Origin: an uncultured archaeon
Lineage (GTDB): Archaea > Asgardarchaeota > Thorarchaeia > Thorarchaeales > Thorarchaeaceae
Length of the DNA: 64,000 nucleotides
NCBI GenBank assembly: GCA_964558645.1
Contig: CAZLEV010000002.1
Location: forward strand, 176,364 to 240,363
Reading direction: 5' to 3'
The notes under the pieces are model-generated. The model saw nothing but the letters and a program-made list of their open reading frames with translations, was not told the DNA's origin and did no database searches. This document shows positions 56,496 to 64,000 of this stretch, one piece after another. Every line of letters starts with the position of its first letter. Within the stretch, counting starts at the first letter, position 1. The position numbers and the translations under genes were made by a program.

Positions 56496-57934
56496 TCCTC
56501 CTCCTCTGCTTCATCGATAAGAACATCCATCAGGCTGTCAAATGCCCGGGATAGGTCACCAATCTCGTCACCCCGAGATGTCTGTTTGACGTTGAGTTTC
56601 AGCTCTAACGGTTCAATAGAACTCTTGGTGAACTTCACCACTGCAGCCTTTCGTATTCGTTCCATTATCTCCTGCAATGGTCCTGTCACCGTGCCTGCAA
56701 CCCAATACCCAAGAATGCCTGAGATGATTATACCAACCATCCCCACATACATGATCTGCTCAATTGTGAGTCTTAGAGTGGATGTGATCCGATTCTGAAG
56801 CAATGGAATTGCCTCCAAGACCTCATCGAGGGGGACTATCAGCACACAGATGTATCCGCTCTTGCCGACAGGGGTATACACAAGGAGTCGTTCTTCTACT
56901 CCTCGCCGGTATTCAAGAGAGCCGTCTTCTCCTGAAGTGATTGCATCAATCTGGAGGAGTGTTAGCGAATCTGATTCGACTGCACTGAATTCGGGAAGCC
57001 CCTCTTCATATGCAGAATCGGGTACTTCAGGATGTGCAACTACCAGACCATCGCTTTGAATCAGAGTTGCGTAGCCATTCTCATACACATCTATGTCCAA
57101 GACGCGATTCTTGATGTCTTGGATTGTAATGTCTCCAGCGATGACACCTAGCATCTGATTGTTCTCATGGAACACAGCCTTACCGATCGATATCAGAAGC
57201 ACTTCGTCTATCGGATCATAATATGGTTCTACAAAGACGATGTCCCCATCTCCTGCTGCAATCTCAAGATACCAATCATCAAGAGTGGGATACCAGGGGT
57301 CCAGCTGCCTCTCTGCATCAGTTCCTCCTAGGATACTCCCGGGGTAGTTGATGAACATATCATTGTCTGCGAATGTGAAATAGAGCCATCTGAACTCCGG
57401 AACTCGATCTCGGATAGATCTGAAGATATTGTCCATGTTGGACACAAGGCCAAGGCGTTCTGAAGAGGCGCCTGCGTAGGTTGCCCAATTCGAGCTGTCA
57501 GACCCGGGAATGTACCAGCTGCTATACTCCCAAGAAACATTGATTCCATAGTCCGGGTCAAACTCTATGTCGGCAGGATGCGGACCTTCGGAGGGGTTTT
57601 CGAAGAAATAGTCGTAATAGGTCTCACGGGCGAAATAGGTATTCTCATCACTGAAGAGGCGTTCTATCTCTTCAGCCATGCTGATGACCATTCCTTCAGC
57701 AGTGGTCAGTTTTTGGTTTATCACATTTGATGTGGTGACGCCTGTGGCCAGCATATCATTGATTGCCTGCCCCTTGAGAGCATCTATGCTCCGAGAAGTC
57801 GTTGTGTCACCTATCAACACTCCAAACCCCATTGAGAAAGCAGTTGTCAGAGCAACAGATGCGGTTGTGATTACCAGAAAGGCCACCAGCATTGTTCTCT
57901 TGAAGCTAGTTCCGGTTGTTCTATTCTTTGCCAT
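56492..57934 (-). CDS. Membrane protein: TM - double-Cache-like extracytoplasmic domain - TM - HAMP, with no output domain (480 aa)
   Basis: The Cache core reads DDWYLEIAAG.GDIVFVEPYYDP....LLISIGKAV......MLGVIAGDITIQDI......ENGYATLIQSDGLVVAHP. The HAMP reads GPLQEI...RGDEIGDLSRAFDSL. It ends DEAEEEE. ATGA overlap with speA. Confidence 0.75.
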   Translation of the reverse strand: MAKNRTTGTSFKRTMLVAFLVITTASVALTTAFSMGFGVLIGDTTTSRSIDALKGQAINDMLATGVTTSNVINQKLTTAEGMVISMAEEIERLFSDENTYFARETYYDYFFENPSEGPHPADIEFDPDYGINVSWEYSSWYIPGSDSSNWATYAGASSERLGLVSNMDNIFRSIRDRVPEFRWLYFTFADNDMFINYPGSILGGTDAERQLDPWYPTLDDWYLEIAAGDGDIVFVEPYYDPIDEVLLISIGKAVFHENNQMLGVIAGDITIQDIKNRVLDIDVYENGYATLIQSDGLVVAHPEVPDSAYEEGLPEFSAVESDSLTLLQIDAITSGEDGSLEYRRGVEERLLVYTPVGKSGYICVLIVPLDEVLEAIPLLQNRITSTLRLTIEQIMYVGMVGIIISGILGYWVAGTVTGPLQEIMERIRKAAVVKFTKSSIEPLELKLNVKQTSRGDEIGDLSRAFDSLMDVLIDEAEEEE

Positions 57935-57948
57935 TTGTTTGCCTCCTC

Positions 57949-60693
57949 TTAGAAGTCCACCTGTGTTCCTCCCATCTCGAGTTGAGTTTGCATCTCGTCC
58001 TCGATGCCTTCGAATCTCTGAAGAATTCCTTCCTGTTCTTTGCCAGCCTCTGAAACCGGCAGGTACGTGGCACCTTCAATCCGCTTGCACATTCTCTCTA
58101 GGACCCGTTCGTGATCTGAACTGCACATGACTCCGATGATTCGCAGTTTTATATCACCCTCCAAACGATTGGCGAACCGAACGATAGAGTCTTCATTATG
58201 GGTCCTTGAAGAGTTGTCCTCGCCATCAGTGAGTGCGACAATCCACCGCTCAGCATTCTGTTCGTTGGCAATGTTCATGAGAGCCAGACCGAGTGCGTCA
58301 TAGAAAGCTGTGGCCCCGCCAAGGCGAAGCGCGCGGGCAATCTCCTTCCTTGCAGTAGAATAGTCTGGGCCCAATGGTGCAAGCCTGCGGAGTTCACTGA
58401 CAACAGTGTCGAATGCCAACACACCAACACTATCATCAGGTTGCGCCACAGCATCAACCATCCTCTGAGCACCTGCAACTGCCGCCTTTATTCTACCGCT
58501 CTGCCCCATGCTCCCCGATTTATCGATGACGAAGACGATGGCACGCCGCACTCGATGTCTCACAGTGGAACCCAGAATCTTCTCCGCCTGACGACGGATT
58601 TCATGACTCGGCTCACCCATATCTTCAAGAACATCAGCCAGAAGGGAGAGCGATCTGCCCGCAAGAGGCCACTCCTCATTCTCCTGTGACATGTTGGCAG
58701 CCTCAACAAGATCAGACCGGGCATCTTCGTACATTGCCATCTCGTAGTACATCATACCTCTGTGATAGTACACATAGGATTTTGACCGTTCATAGTATGT
58801 TCCTTCAAGAAGCTCAAGCGCCCGGTCAAACATCTCTCTGGCTTCATCAAACTCCTTCAGGGCCATCTTACAGACCCCGATGGTGTCGAATTGATTGGCC
58901 ATGCCTCGATTGTTTCCCAGTTTCTTGTTGATTTCCAATGCTTCCTCCAGATGGGTCAGGGCCTTGCGGTAGTTCTCCCTCTTTGGTGACATCTCGAGGG
59001 CGCCGAAGTTGTGCATGACATCGGCAATACGCACCTGAGCATCCTTTCTTTCTAGGTCAGTCTTTGCTTCTTTCAGCATCTGACGGGCTAGTCCTTCTGC
59101 AGATTGATACCTCGCCGATGCCTCCTGCAGTTGGCCTCTTTGTCTGTGAACATTTCCAATATTGAGGTCTGCAGCCTGGATGCCTTGAATCACCTTGAAA
59201 TCGACACAGAGTTGTCGAAGCCGAGTATACGTTTCTAGAGCAAGTGCCAAGTTTCCTCTGATGAACTCCTTGTTGCCAGCTCGCATCGAGTCTTGGAGAT
59301 TCTGAATTGCCTCCATGGTGATCTGCAGTTCCTTATACCGCAGGTCATGTATGGGAACCATTCCAGTCAAGTCGCCACGGCTCATATTGATCAAGACATC
59401 TGTGGCTTGTGCAAGTGGTTTGGCCATCTCTTCGCCTTTTCTGGCCGCATATTTCGACGAAACATAGATTGTGACTGCTACACAGCCAACAAGAATCCCG
59501 ATGATTATCAGGCTCTGAAAGCCAATCGCTGCGGAGAGAGCGAGTGCAGCTTCAATCACATCCGTTTCAGGAGTAACCGTACACAGAACCATACCGGTCG
59601 TAGGGACTCTCTCAAATGTTAGATACCATTTTCTGCCTTGCTTCGTATATTCAATCTGGCCACTACTGTTTGTCAGAATGTCAGGGAGAATAGAGGAGAA
59701 TGCATCAGCCTCTGAAGATGCGGAGCCACCAAACTCAGCATCATAGATATCTTGGCCTTCAGCCGTAAACGAGGGGTGTGCTATCAGGCCCCCGGCGGTT
59801 CCAAGAAGGAAAGCATACCCGTTCTCACTAATCTCCTGAGAGAGTACTTCGTTGTTAATTGTGTCAAGAGTCACGTCAGCGGAAACAACACCAATCAGCG
59901 TGTTGTTGTCGAATCGGATGGGCCGGCCCATGGACAATACAAGGCCAGTGGACGGATCACCATAGGGTTCTGTGACAGCAATGGAATCATCCAAGATATC
60001 GGCAGCGTTGAGATACCATTCCTCTGAATTGGGATCATAATCCTCTCCTTCTCCATACCAGTCCAAGAAGTATTCCAGATTGTCATAGGGGTAGTTCCTG
60101 AATAGATGTCGATTCGAGATTGAGAGGTCAAAGCCCATATACAGCCAGATATAGTCCGAACTCATTTCATGAAGCGACTGGAATATGTTGTCCATATTGG
60201 ACGATGTGTCCAAGACATAGCGCATATCATCGTCCCATTGGAATGGGTCGTCGTCAATGTAGTAGTCTCTAGGCATGTAGTAACAACTGACATCAAACGA
60301 TATGCTGTCCGATTCATACTCATCGATGGATTGCAGATTAGGGACTGTATAGCCCGTATTGGCGAGCTCAAGACTGGGATTCCAGAAGTAAGAGTGACGC
60401 GGGCTAGCATCATACCGTTCGTTGAATAGATTCTCGGCATAGTCCTCCATCATGTAGACACCATGGAAGTACTGCTCTATCCGCTCCTCAATGAAGGTGG
60501 CAGTATCAGCTGTTACCCTCTGCAGACTTCCCAGTTCCTCCTTAGTCAAAGCCTCTGCGGCTTCAGCCGTGTTCTGTTCTGACATGAAATACACGCTAGA
60601 AACCATGTATGAAGCAATCAGAAGCACGGAGATGATAACTGAAGCGCTAAGGCCTCTTGTAACTTTCTTTGTAATACTCCAGGTCTCAAACAT
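57949..60693 (-). CDS. Membrane protein: TM - double-Cache-like domain - TM - HAMP - TPR repeats - vWA (MIDAS) domain
   Basis: The Cache core is paralogous to 56492..57934 (EEWYLNAAD...VTEPYGDPSTGLVLSMGRPI...LIGVVSADVTLDTI...ENGYAFLLGTAGGLIAHP). The HAMP reads AKPLAQATDVLINMSRGDLTG. About 250 aa of TPR follows. The vWA reads IVFVIDKSGSMG...GGATAFYDAL...IVALTDGEDNS. The start is ATG 60693 (MFETWS...) or GTG 60714. Confidence 0.75.
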   Translation of the reverse strand: MFETWSITKKVTRGLSASVIISVLLIASYMVSSVYFMSEQNTAEAAEALTKEELGSLQRVTADTATFIEERIEQYFHGVYMMEDYAENLFNERYDASPRHSYFWNPSLELANTGYTVPNLQSIDEYESDSISFDVSCYYMPRDYYIDDDPFQWDDDMRYVLDTSSNMDNIFQSLHEMSSDYIWLYMGFDLSISNRHLFRNYPYDNLEYFLDWYGEGEDYDPNSEEWYLNAADILDDSIAVTEPYGDPSTGLVLSMGRPIRFDNNTLIGVVSADVTLDTINNEVLSQEISENGYAFLLGTAGGLIAHPSFTAEGQDIYDAEFGGSASSEADAFSSILPDILTNSSGQIEYTKQGRKWYLTFERVPTTGMVLCTVTPETDVIEAALALSAAIGFQSLIIIGILVGCVAVTIYVSSKYAARKGEEMAKPLAQATDVLINMSRGDLTGMVPIHDLRYKELQITMEAIQNLQDSMRAGNKEFIRGNLALALETYTRLRQLCVDFKVIQGIQAADLNIGNVHRQRGQLQEASARYQSAEGLARQMLKEAKTDLERKDAQVRIADVMHNFGALEMSPKRENYRKALTHLEEALEINKKLGNNRGMANQFDTIGVCKMALKEFDEAREMFDRALELLEGTYYERSKSYVYYHRGMMYYEMAMYEDARSDLVEAANMSQENEEWPLAGRSLSLLADVLEDMGEPSHEIRRQAEKILGSTVRHRVRRAIVFVIDKSGSMGQSGRIKAAVAGAQRMVDAVAQPDDSVGVLAFDTVVSELRRLAPLGPDYSTARKEIARALRLGGATAFYDALGLALMNIANEQNAERWIVALTDGEDNSSRTHNEDSIVRFANRLEGDIKLRIIGVMCSSDHERVLERMCKRIEGATYLPVSEAGKEQEGILQRFEGIEDEMQTQLEMGGTQVDF

Positions 60694-60697
60694 ATGT

Positions 60698-62158
60698 CTA
60701 ACTCCCTTGCTCACTCAACAATTTGATAATCTCATCAACTACTCTTTCAAGCTCTTCCTTTGACTCGAAAGCGAAGGATTTCGTGTCAATGAACTCGCCT
60801 GCAATCTGCCCTTTGCCACGCAGCAGAATAAGCGCTCTACGTATGGTCGCTGCGTCGAGCTCATGGTCTACATCAGGATCCTGTAGTGCGGCCTTCATAT
60901 CAAGGAGGTCGCCGAACTCGATCTTGTTACCCGAAACCACACTGGATAGTAATTTCCTTGCATCACGTTTTGACATCGACGGGGTGACCAAAGCGCCCCT
61001 CAAGCCAGTGAACACGAAAGTTCTACCATCGTCTTCAAAGTGACCAGATATCATCTCACGTCTAACCATCTCCTGCAGCTGACGGCGTAGGTTGTAGACA
61101 GCGGGACGGGGAAGTGATCGCCTGATGACTCTGTCAAGCTCCCTCAAAGTGATGCGGGGATTTAGTGATGTCACAGACAGTATGGTCTCACTGATGAATT
61201 CATCAATCTGCTGTGGCTGTAATGCATCCAGTATAGCCCCACAACTCGCACAGCTCGGCGTTTCTGGCGACACTGGGGCACCACAATGACCGCATCGAAT
61301 AGCCCTCCGATAGACAGTTTCCTTCGTAGAAGATATCTCCTCGATGACTCGACGAGTGAGTGAAGACATCGCATTGCCTTTGACACGATATATCTCTAGG
61401 GCAGGAAGCCGTGTTCCGATAGCCAAGTAAAGGATGTCACTACGTGGGTGCCGATCTGCGTCAATGGCAAATGGGCGCTCTGAAAGATCCAATTCCTGTA
61501 CCAGACCCCCACCCATATCCCAAATCCTCAGAGTACTCGACTTGTCCCCTGTGGCAAACAGTTTGTCGTTCTCCAAGTTCAGGACTGTACCTACTCGTAT
61601 CTTCGAAGGAACCGTGAACTGTTTCAACAAGTAGCCAGCTGCAGATAGGATGCTGATATTGCCGCTGCGCTCCATCACAACTATCTCATATTCCGGATCA
61701 TCCGTGATGTTCTCTAATCTGACAGAAACAACGGGTGACGGAAACGATCGTGTAAACAGCTTGATGTCATCGTTCCACAAGGACACGGTATTATCGCGCA
61801 TGGCAGCTGCAAACTCGTCCGCATAGTCGCCATCAATATCGGCCGCATCACAGGTTATGACCGGACTAGACTTTGCTATATGGTAGATAATCTGCCCTTT
61901 GTTGCCAATGACTATAACACAGTCCTTCGTCCCTGCAACAATGTCGTCATAACCGTCAGCATCGATATCACCGATGGCTACGGTTCTAACCTTGGAGGTC
62001 CATTTTCGAGAACTTGTTTCTTTCCCGGCAGGAGAGAATACTTTGAGTTTCTCGTCGTAGTCGATAGTGTATATCTCGACGCCCCTCTTTGTGGTTCTGA
62101 CAAAGATGTCGTATATCAGGGACTCTGTATTCCTTATTGATGTACGACTAATCTCCAT
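60698..62158 (-). CDS. Cytoplasmic FG-GAP-like beta-propeller + CxxC...CxxC zinc ribbon + two winged-helix-like C-terminal modules
   Basis: FG-GAP-like Ca-loop motifs IGDIDADGYDDIVAG and AADIDGDYADEF, and repeated strand patterns through about aa 290. Zinc ribbon RCGHCGAPVSPETPSCASCGAIL. Then ITLRELDRVIRR...LRRQLQEMVRREMISGHFEDDGRTFVF and IEFGDLLD...IRRALILLRGKGQIAGEFIDTKSFAF. The ATG at 62158 (MEISRTS) is favoured over the TTG at 62239 by the TATA box spacing. Confidence 0.6.
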   Translation of the reverse strand: MEISRTSIRNTESLIYDIFVRTTKRGVEIYTIDYDEKLKVFSPAGKETSSRKWTSKVRTVAIGDIDADGYDDIVAGTKDCVIVIGNKGQIIYHIAKSSPVITCDAADIDGDYADEFAAAMRDNTVSLWNDDIKLFTRSFPSPVVSVRLENITDDPEYEIVVMERSGNISILSAAGYLLKQFTVPSKIRVGTVLNLENDKLFATGDKSSTLRIWDMGGGLVQELDLSERPFAIDADRHPRSDILYLAIGTRLPALEIYRVKGNAMSSLTRRVIEEISSTKETVYRRAIRCGHCGAPVSPETPSCASCGAILDALQPQQIDEFISETILSVTSLNPRITLRELDRVIRRSLPRPAVYNLRRQLQEMVRREMISGHFEDDGRTFVFTGLRGALVTPSMSKRDARKLLSSVVSGNKIEFGDLLDMKAALQDPDVDHELDAATIRRALILLRGKGQIAGEFIDTKSFAFESKEELERVVDEIIKLLSEQGS

Positions 62159-62182
62159 TTTGATAGATTGTACATTTTGAGC

Positions 62183-62189
62183 ATATAAA
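62183..62189 (-). promoter_or_regulatory. TATA-like box (TTTATAT on the minus strand), 24 nt upstream of the ATG at 62158
   Basis: The minus strand reads gTTTATATgctcaaaatgtacaatctatcaaaATG. The spacing fits an archaeal leaderless or short-leader promoter. Confidence 0.35.
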
Positions 62190-62317
62190 CAATGACTAAG
62201 ATTTTCCAGTTTGAGAGCTGAAGATAGCTCCTGTATCAATGGATATATGATGAATCAGAGCAACGGAAGTTGAATCCGATCATTGTATGTCAGACTAGAG
62301 GACTCGTGAGGTTCAGA

Positions 62318-63136
62318 ATGAAAGAAATAGACTCGGGATCAATCAAGGCATTCCAAGAGAGGGTCATGGGATGGTGGAGCAGCAATGCTAGAGAGCTTCC
62401 CTGGAGGAAACACCCTACTCCCTATCATGTTCTCGTGTCAGAGATGATGTTGCAACAGACGCAAGTCAGTAGAGTGATCCCTAAATATACCGAGTTTCTG
62501 AAGAAGTTCCCCGATCTCAAGGCATTAGCAGAGGCGGATACCAAGCGCCTGCTTCAAGTCTGGAGCGGATTGGGGTATAATAGAAGAGCCTTATGGCTGA
62601 GAGATGCCGCAAGAGCAATAGTAGACAGGGGTGAGTTCCCCCGAAACGAGAAGGAACTCAGAAAGATGAAGGGCATTGGCCCCTACACCTCGCGGTCGAT
62701 TCTGATCTTCGCATTCAATGAGGACTTAGCCGCGATTGACACAAACATTCGCCGAATCCTGATTGCATCCGGATTTGCAGATGAATGCACATCTCGATTA
62801 GAACTACAAGAAGTCGCAGAACACCTACTACTCAGGGGTAGGGCTCGTGACTGGCACAATGCACTCATGGACTACGGGTCGGGGGTATTGACATCCTCAT
62901 CGACAGGTATCAGGCCAACCTCATACCAGAACAAGTTCGAAGGCTCATCACGGCAGCTCAGAGGGGACATCGTACGTATTCTCACGCATTGTGAAGAACT
63001 CTCTCTTGAGGATCTGGTTGCCCACCATGGCTGCAGCGATACGAATGCTGAACGAGTGAGATCCATTGTCAGGAGTTTGACGGAGGACGGCCTCGTTGAG
63101 CGAACCGACGCAAATCGTTTCAGAATTCCACGCTAA
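62318..63136 (+). CDS. MutY/Nth-like HhH-GPD DNA glycosylase lacking the 4Fe-4S cysteines, with a C-terminal winged-helix-like tail
   Basis: ELPWRK..TPYHVLVSEMMLQQTQVSRVIPKY..F...FP....LAEA....LL.VWSGLGYNRRA, HhH MKGIGPYTSR, and catalytic Asp in AIDTNIRRIL. The region aligned to the C-x6-C-x2-C-x5-C loop reads GVLTSSSTGIRPTSYQNKF and contains no Cys. The ATG at 62318 is preferred over the TTG at 62270. Confidence 0.7.
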   Translation: MKEIDSGSIKAFQERVMGWWSSNARELPWRKHPTPYHVLVSEMMLQQTQVSRVIPKYTEFLKKFPDLKALAEADTKRLLQVWSGLGYNRRALWLRDAARAIVDRGEFPRNEKELRKMKGIGPYTSRSILIFAFNEDLAAIDTNIRRILIASGFADECTSRLELQEVAEHLLLRGRARDWHNALMDYGSGVLTSSSTGIRPTSYQNKFEGSSRQLRGDIVRILTHCEELSLEDLVAHHGCSDTNAERVRSIVRSLTEDGLVERTDANRFRIPR

Positions 63137-63224
63137 TATAATAGGGAAGAGATTCAGAATTGACTCAGGACCACAGCAAATCCTTCCGAAAGAGTGAATT
63201 CAGTAAGACTTCGTGTTGACTATC

Positions 63225-64000
63225 ATGTTCGAATGTGTGCCCTTCAACGATGACATACTCAGTCTCAAGACAGCCACAGGCCAGGAGAACGAACCCATCA
63301 TGTGGGCTTATGCATACCAGATAGGGGATGTCTTGATTGATGCAGGGTGCGCGAATGCAGCTGATGAACTTGAACGGTATCTCTCACAGACGTTAATCAG
63401 AAGAGCCCTTGTCACTCATCCACACGAGGACCATTTTGGAGGTCTATCTGTCTTGGGCGATGAAACAATTGTGTATGCACATCCTTCGGCAATTGACCAA
63501 CTTCTGAATCCGCCCAAACTCGATGAGTTCTTCAAGTTCGTATGGGGGCAACCAGAGCCGGTTCATGAGGTCCAGCCAATCCCTGAGAGGCTATCTGTCG
63601 GAGAGTATACATTGGAGGTGGTAGATCTCTCGGGCCACCATAGCAATATGATCGGTTTCTTAGAACGAACAAAGGGTTGGCTCTTTTCGGCGGATGCGGT
63701 ACCTCTACCTTCGAGGAAGTACATAGCTATGCCAGAAGAGGATATCCTTCAAATGATCACAACCATGGAGCGCATTCAGAGAATGGATATCGGAGTTCTC
63801 TTCGACGGACATCTGGGACCGATAGTATCACCACATGAACACATACAGAAACGAATCGACCACCTTAGATCCGTACGTGGTCGAGTGATGGACCTCAGAG
63901 AGCAGGGAAAGTCAGTTTCAAAAATCATCGCAGAGCTGGGGTATGAGCCGCCATGGTATCTCGAGGCCACCAAGGGTAGGTTTTCCATCGAGTTCTTCAT
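63225..64000 (+). CDS. Metallo-beta-lactamase-fold hydrolase; 3' end beyond the window
   Basis: Absent from the ORF track because it has no stop in the window. My translation from the ATG at 63225 gives MFECVPFNDDILS...VLIDAGC...ALVTHPHEDHFGG...DLSGHHSNMIGF... (the HxHxDH motif). Confidence 0.8.
   Translation, partial: MFECVPFNDDILSLKTATGQENEPIMWAYAYQIGDVLIDAGCANAADELERYLSQTLIRRALVTHPHEDHFGGLSVLGDETIVYAHPSAIDQLLNPPKLDEFFKFVWGQPEPVHEVQPIPERLSVGEYTLEVVDLSGHHSNMIGFLERTKGWLFSADAVPLPSRKYIAMPEEDILQMITTMERIQRMDIGVLFDGHLGPIVSPHEHIQKRIDHLRSVRGRVMDLREQGKSVSKIIAELGYEPPWYLEATKGRFSIEFF

Noticed and set aside
1-64000. CRISPR arrays, rRNA, tRNA and intact transposase/integrase genes
   Set aside because: I scanned the intergenic regions by eye on both strands. 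I found no short regularly spaced direct repeats, no rRNA-like or cloverleaf-compatible sequences, and no ORF with transposase or integrase motifs. Infernal/tRNAscan would be needed for certainty.

Overview
This 64-kb chromosomal segment reads as archaeal and is most consistent with an Asgard-type genome (Thor/Loki-like). That placement is inference from several observations. There is a Ras/Rab-like small GTPase with a coiled-coil tail and a solute-binding protein with a C-terminal membrane anchor. TATA-like boxes sit about 25 nt upstream of several start codons. Small MTH1187, YjbQ and RAM-domain proteins occur among many bacterial-type metabolic genes. I can support about 55 protein-coding genes. 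I found no rRNA, tRNA or CRISPR array. Content from left to right: (1) A truncated DUF262 (GmrSD-like) gene lies at the left edge. (2) A cassette of catalase, a methyltransferase and membrane proteins is bracketed by two ~585-bp direct repeats. (3) A reverse-transsulfuration pair follows, then an APH-type kinase, an esterase, a nitroreductase, a frameshifted DUF362 gene and a DUF2283/DUF4258 toxin-antitoxin pair. (4) Two mirror-image three-gene ABC-2 cassettes share one 98-bp perfectly identical tract. (5) wrbA follows. (6) A secretome island encodes an LTD plus peptidase-MA protein, a double-HTH regulator, two small secreted proteins, a zinc-PLC-like protein, a subtilase and a HEAT-repeat protein. 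(7) A nine-gene Liv-type ABC operon carries an embedded acyl-CoA ligase, a KASIII-like gene and two hydrolase genes. (8) S2P, M23 peptidase and RAM-domain genes come next. (9) A ~1890-aa surface protein has two NosD-like beta-helix modules and nine 88-aa tandem repeats. (10) yjbQ, the small GTPase, a RibD_C-like gene, an MTH1187-family gene and an MGMT-family gene follow. (11) The most unusual locus is a tightly packed minus-strand operon. It encodes an FG-GAP propeller/zinc-ribbon/winged-helix protein, a dCache-HAMP-TPR-vWA membrane protein, a dCache-HAMP stub and arginine decarboxylase. (12) The window ends with a MutY-like glycosylase that lacks the Fe-S cysteines and a truncated MBL hydrolase. 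All calls come from reading the translations and the DNA by eye; no searches were run.
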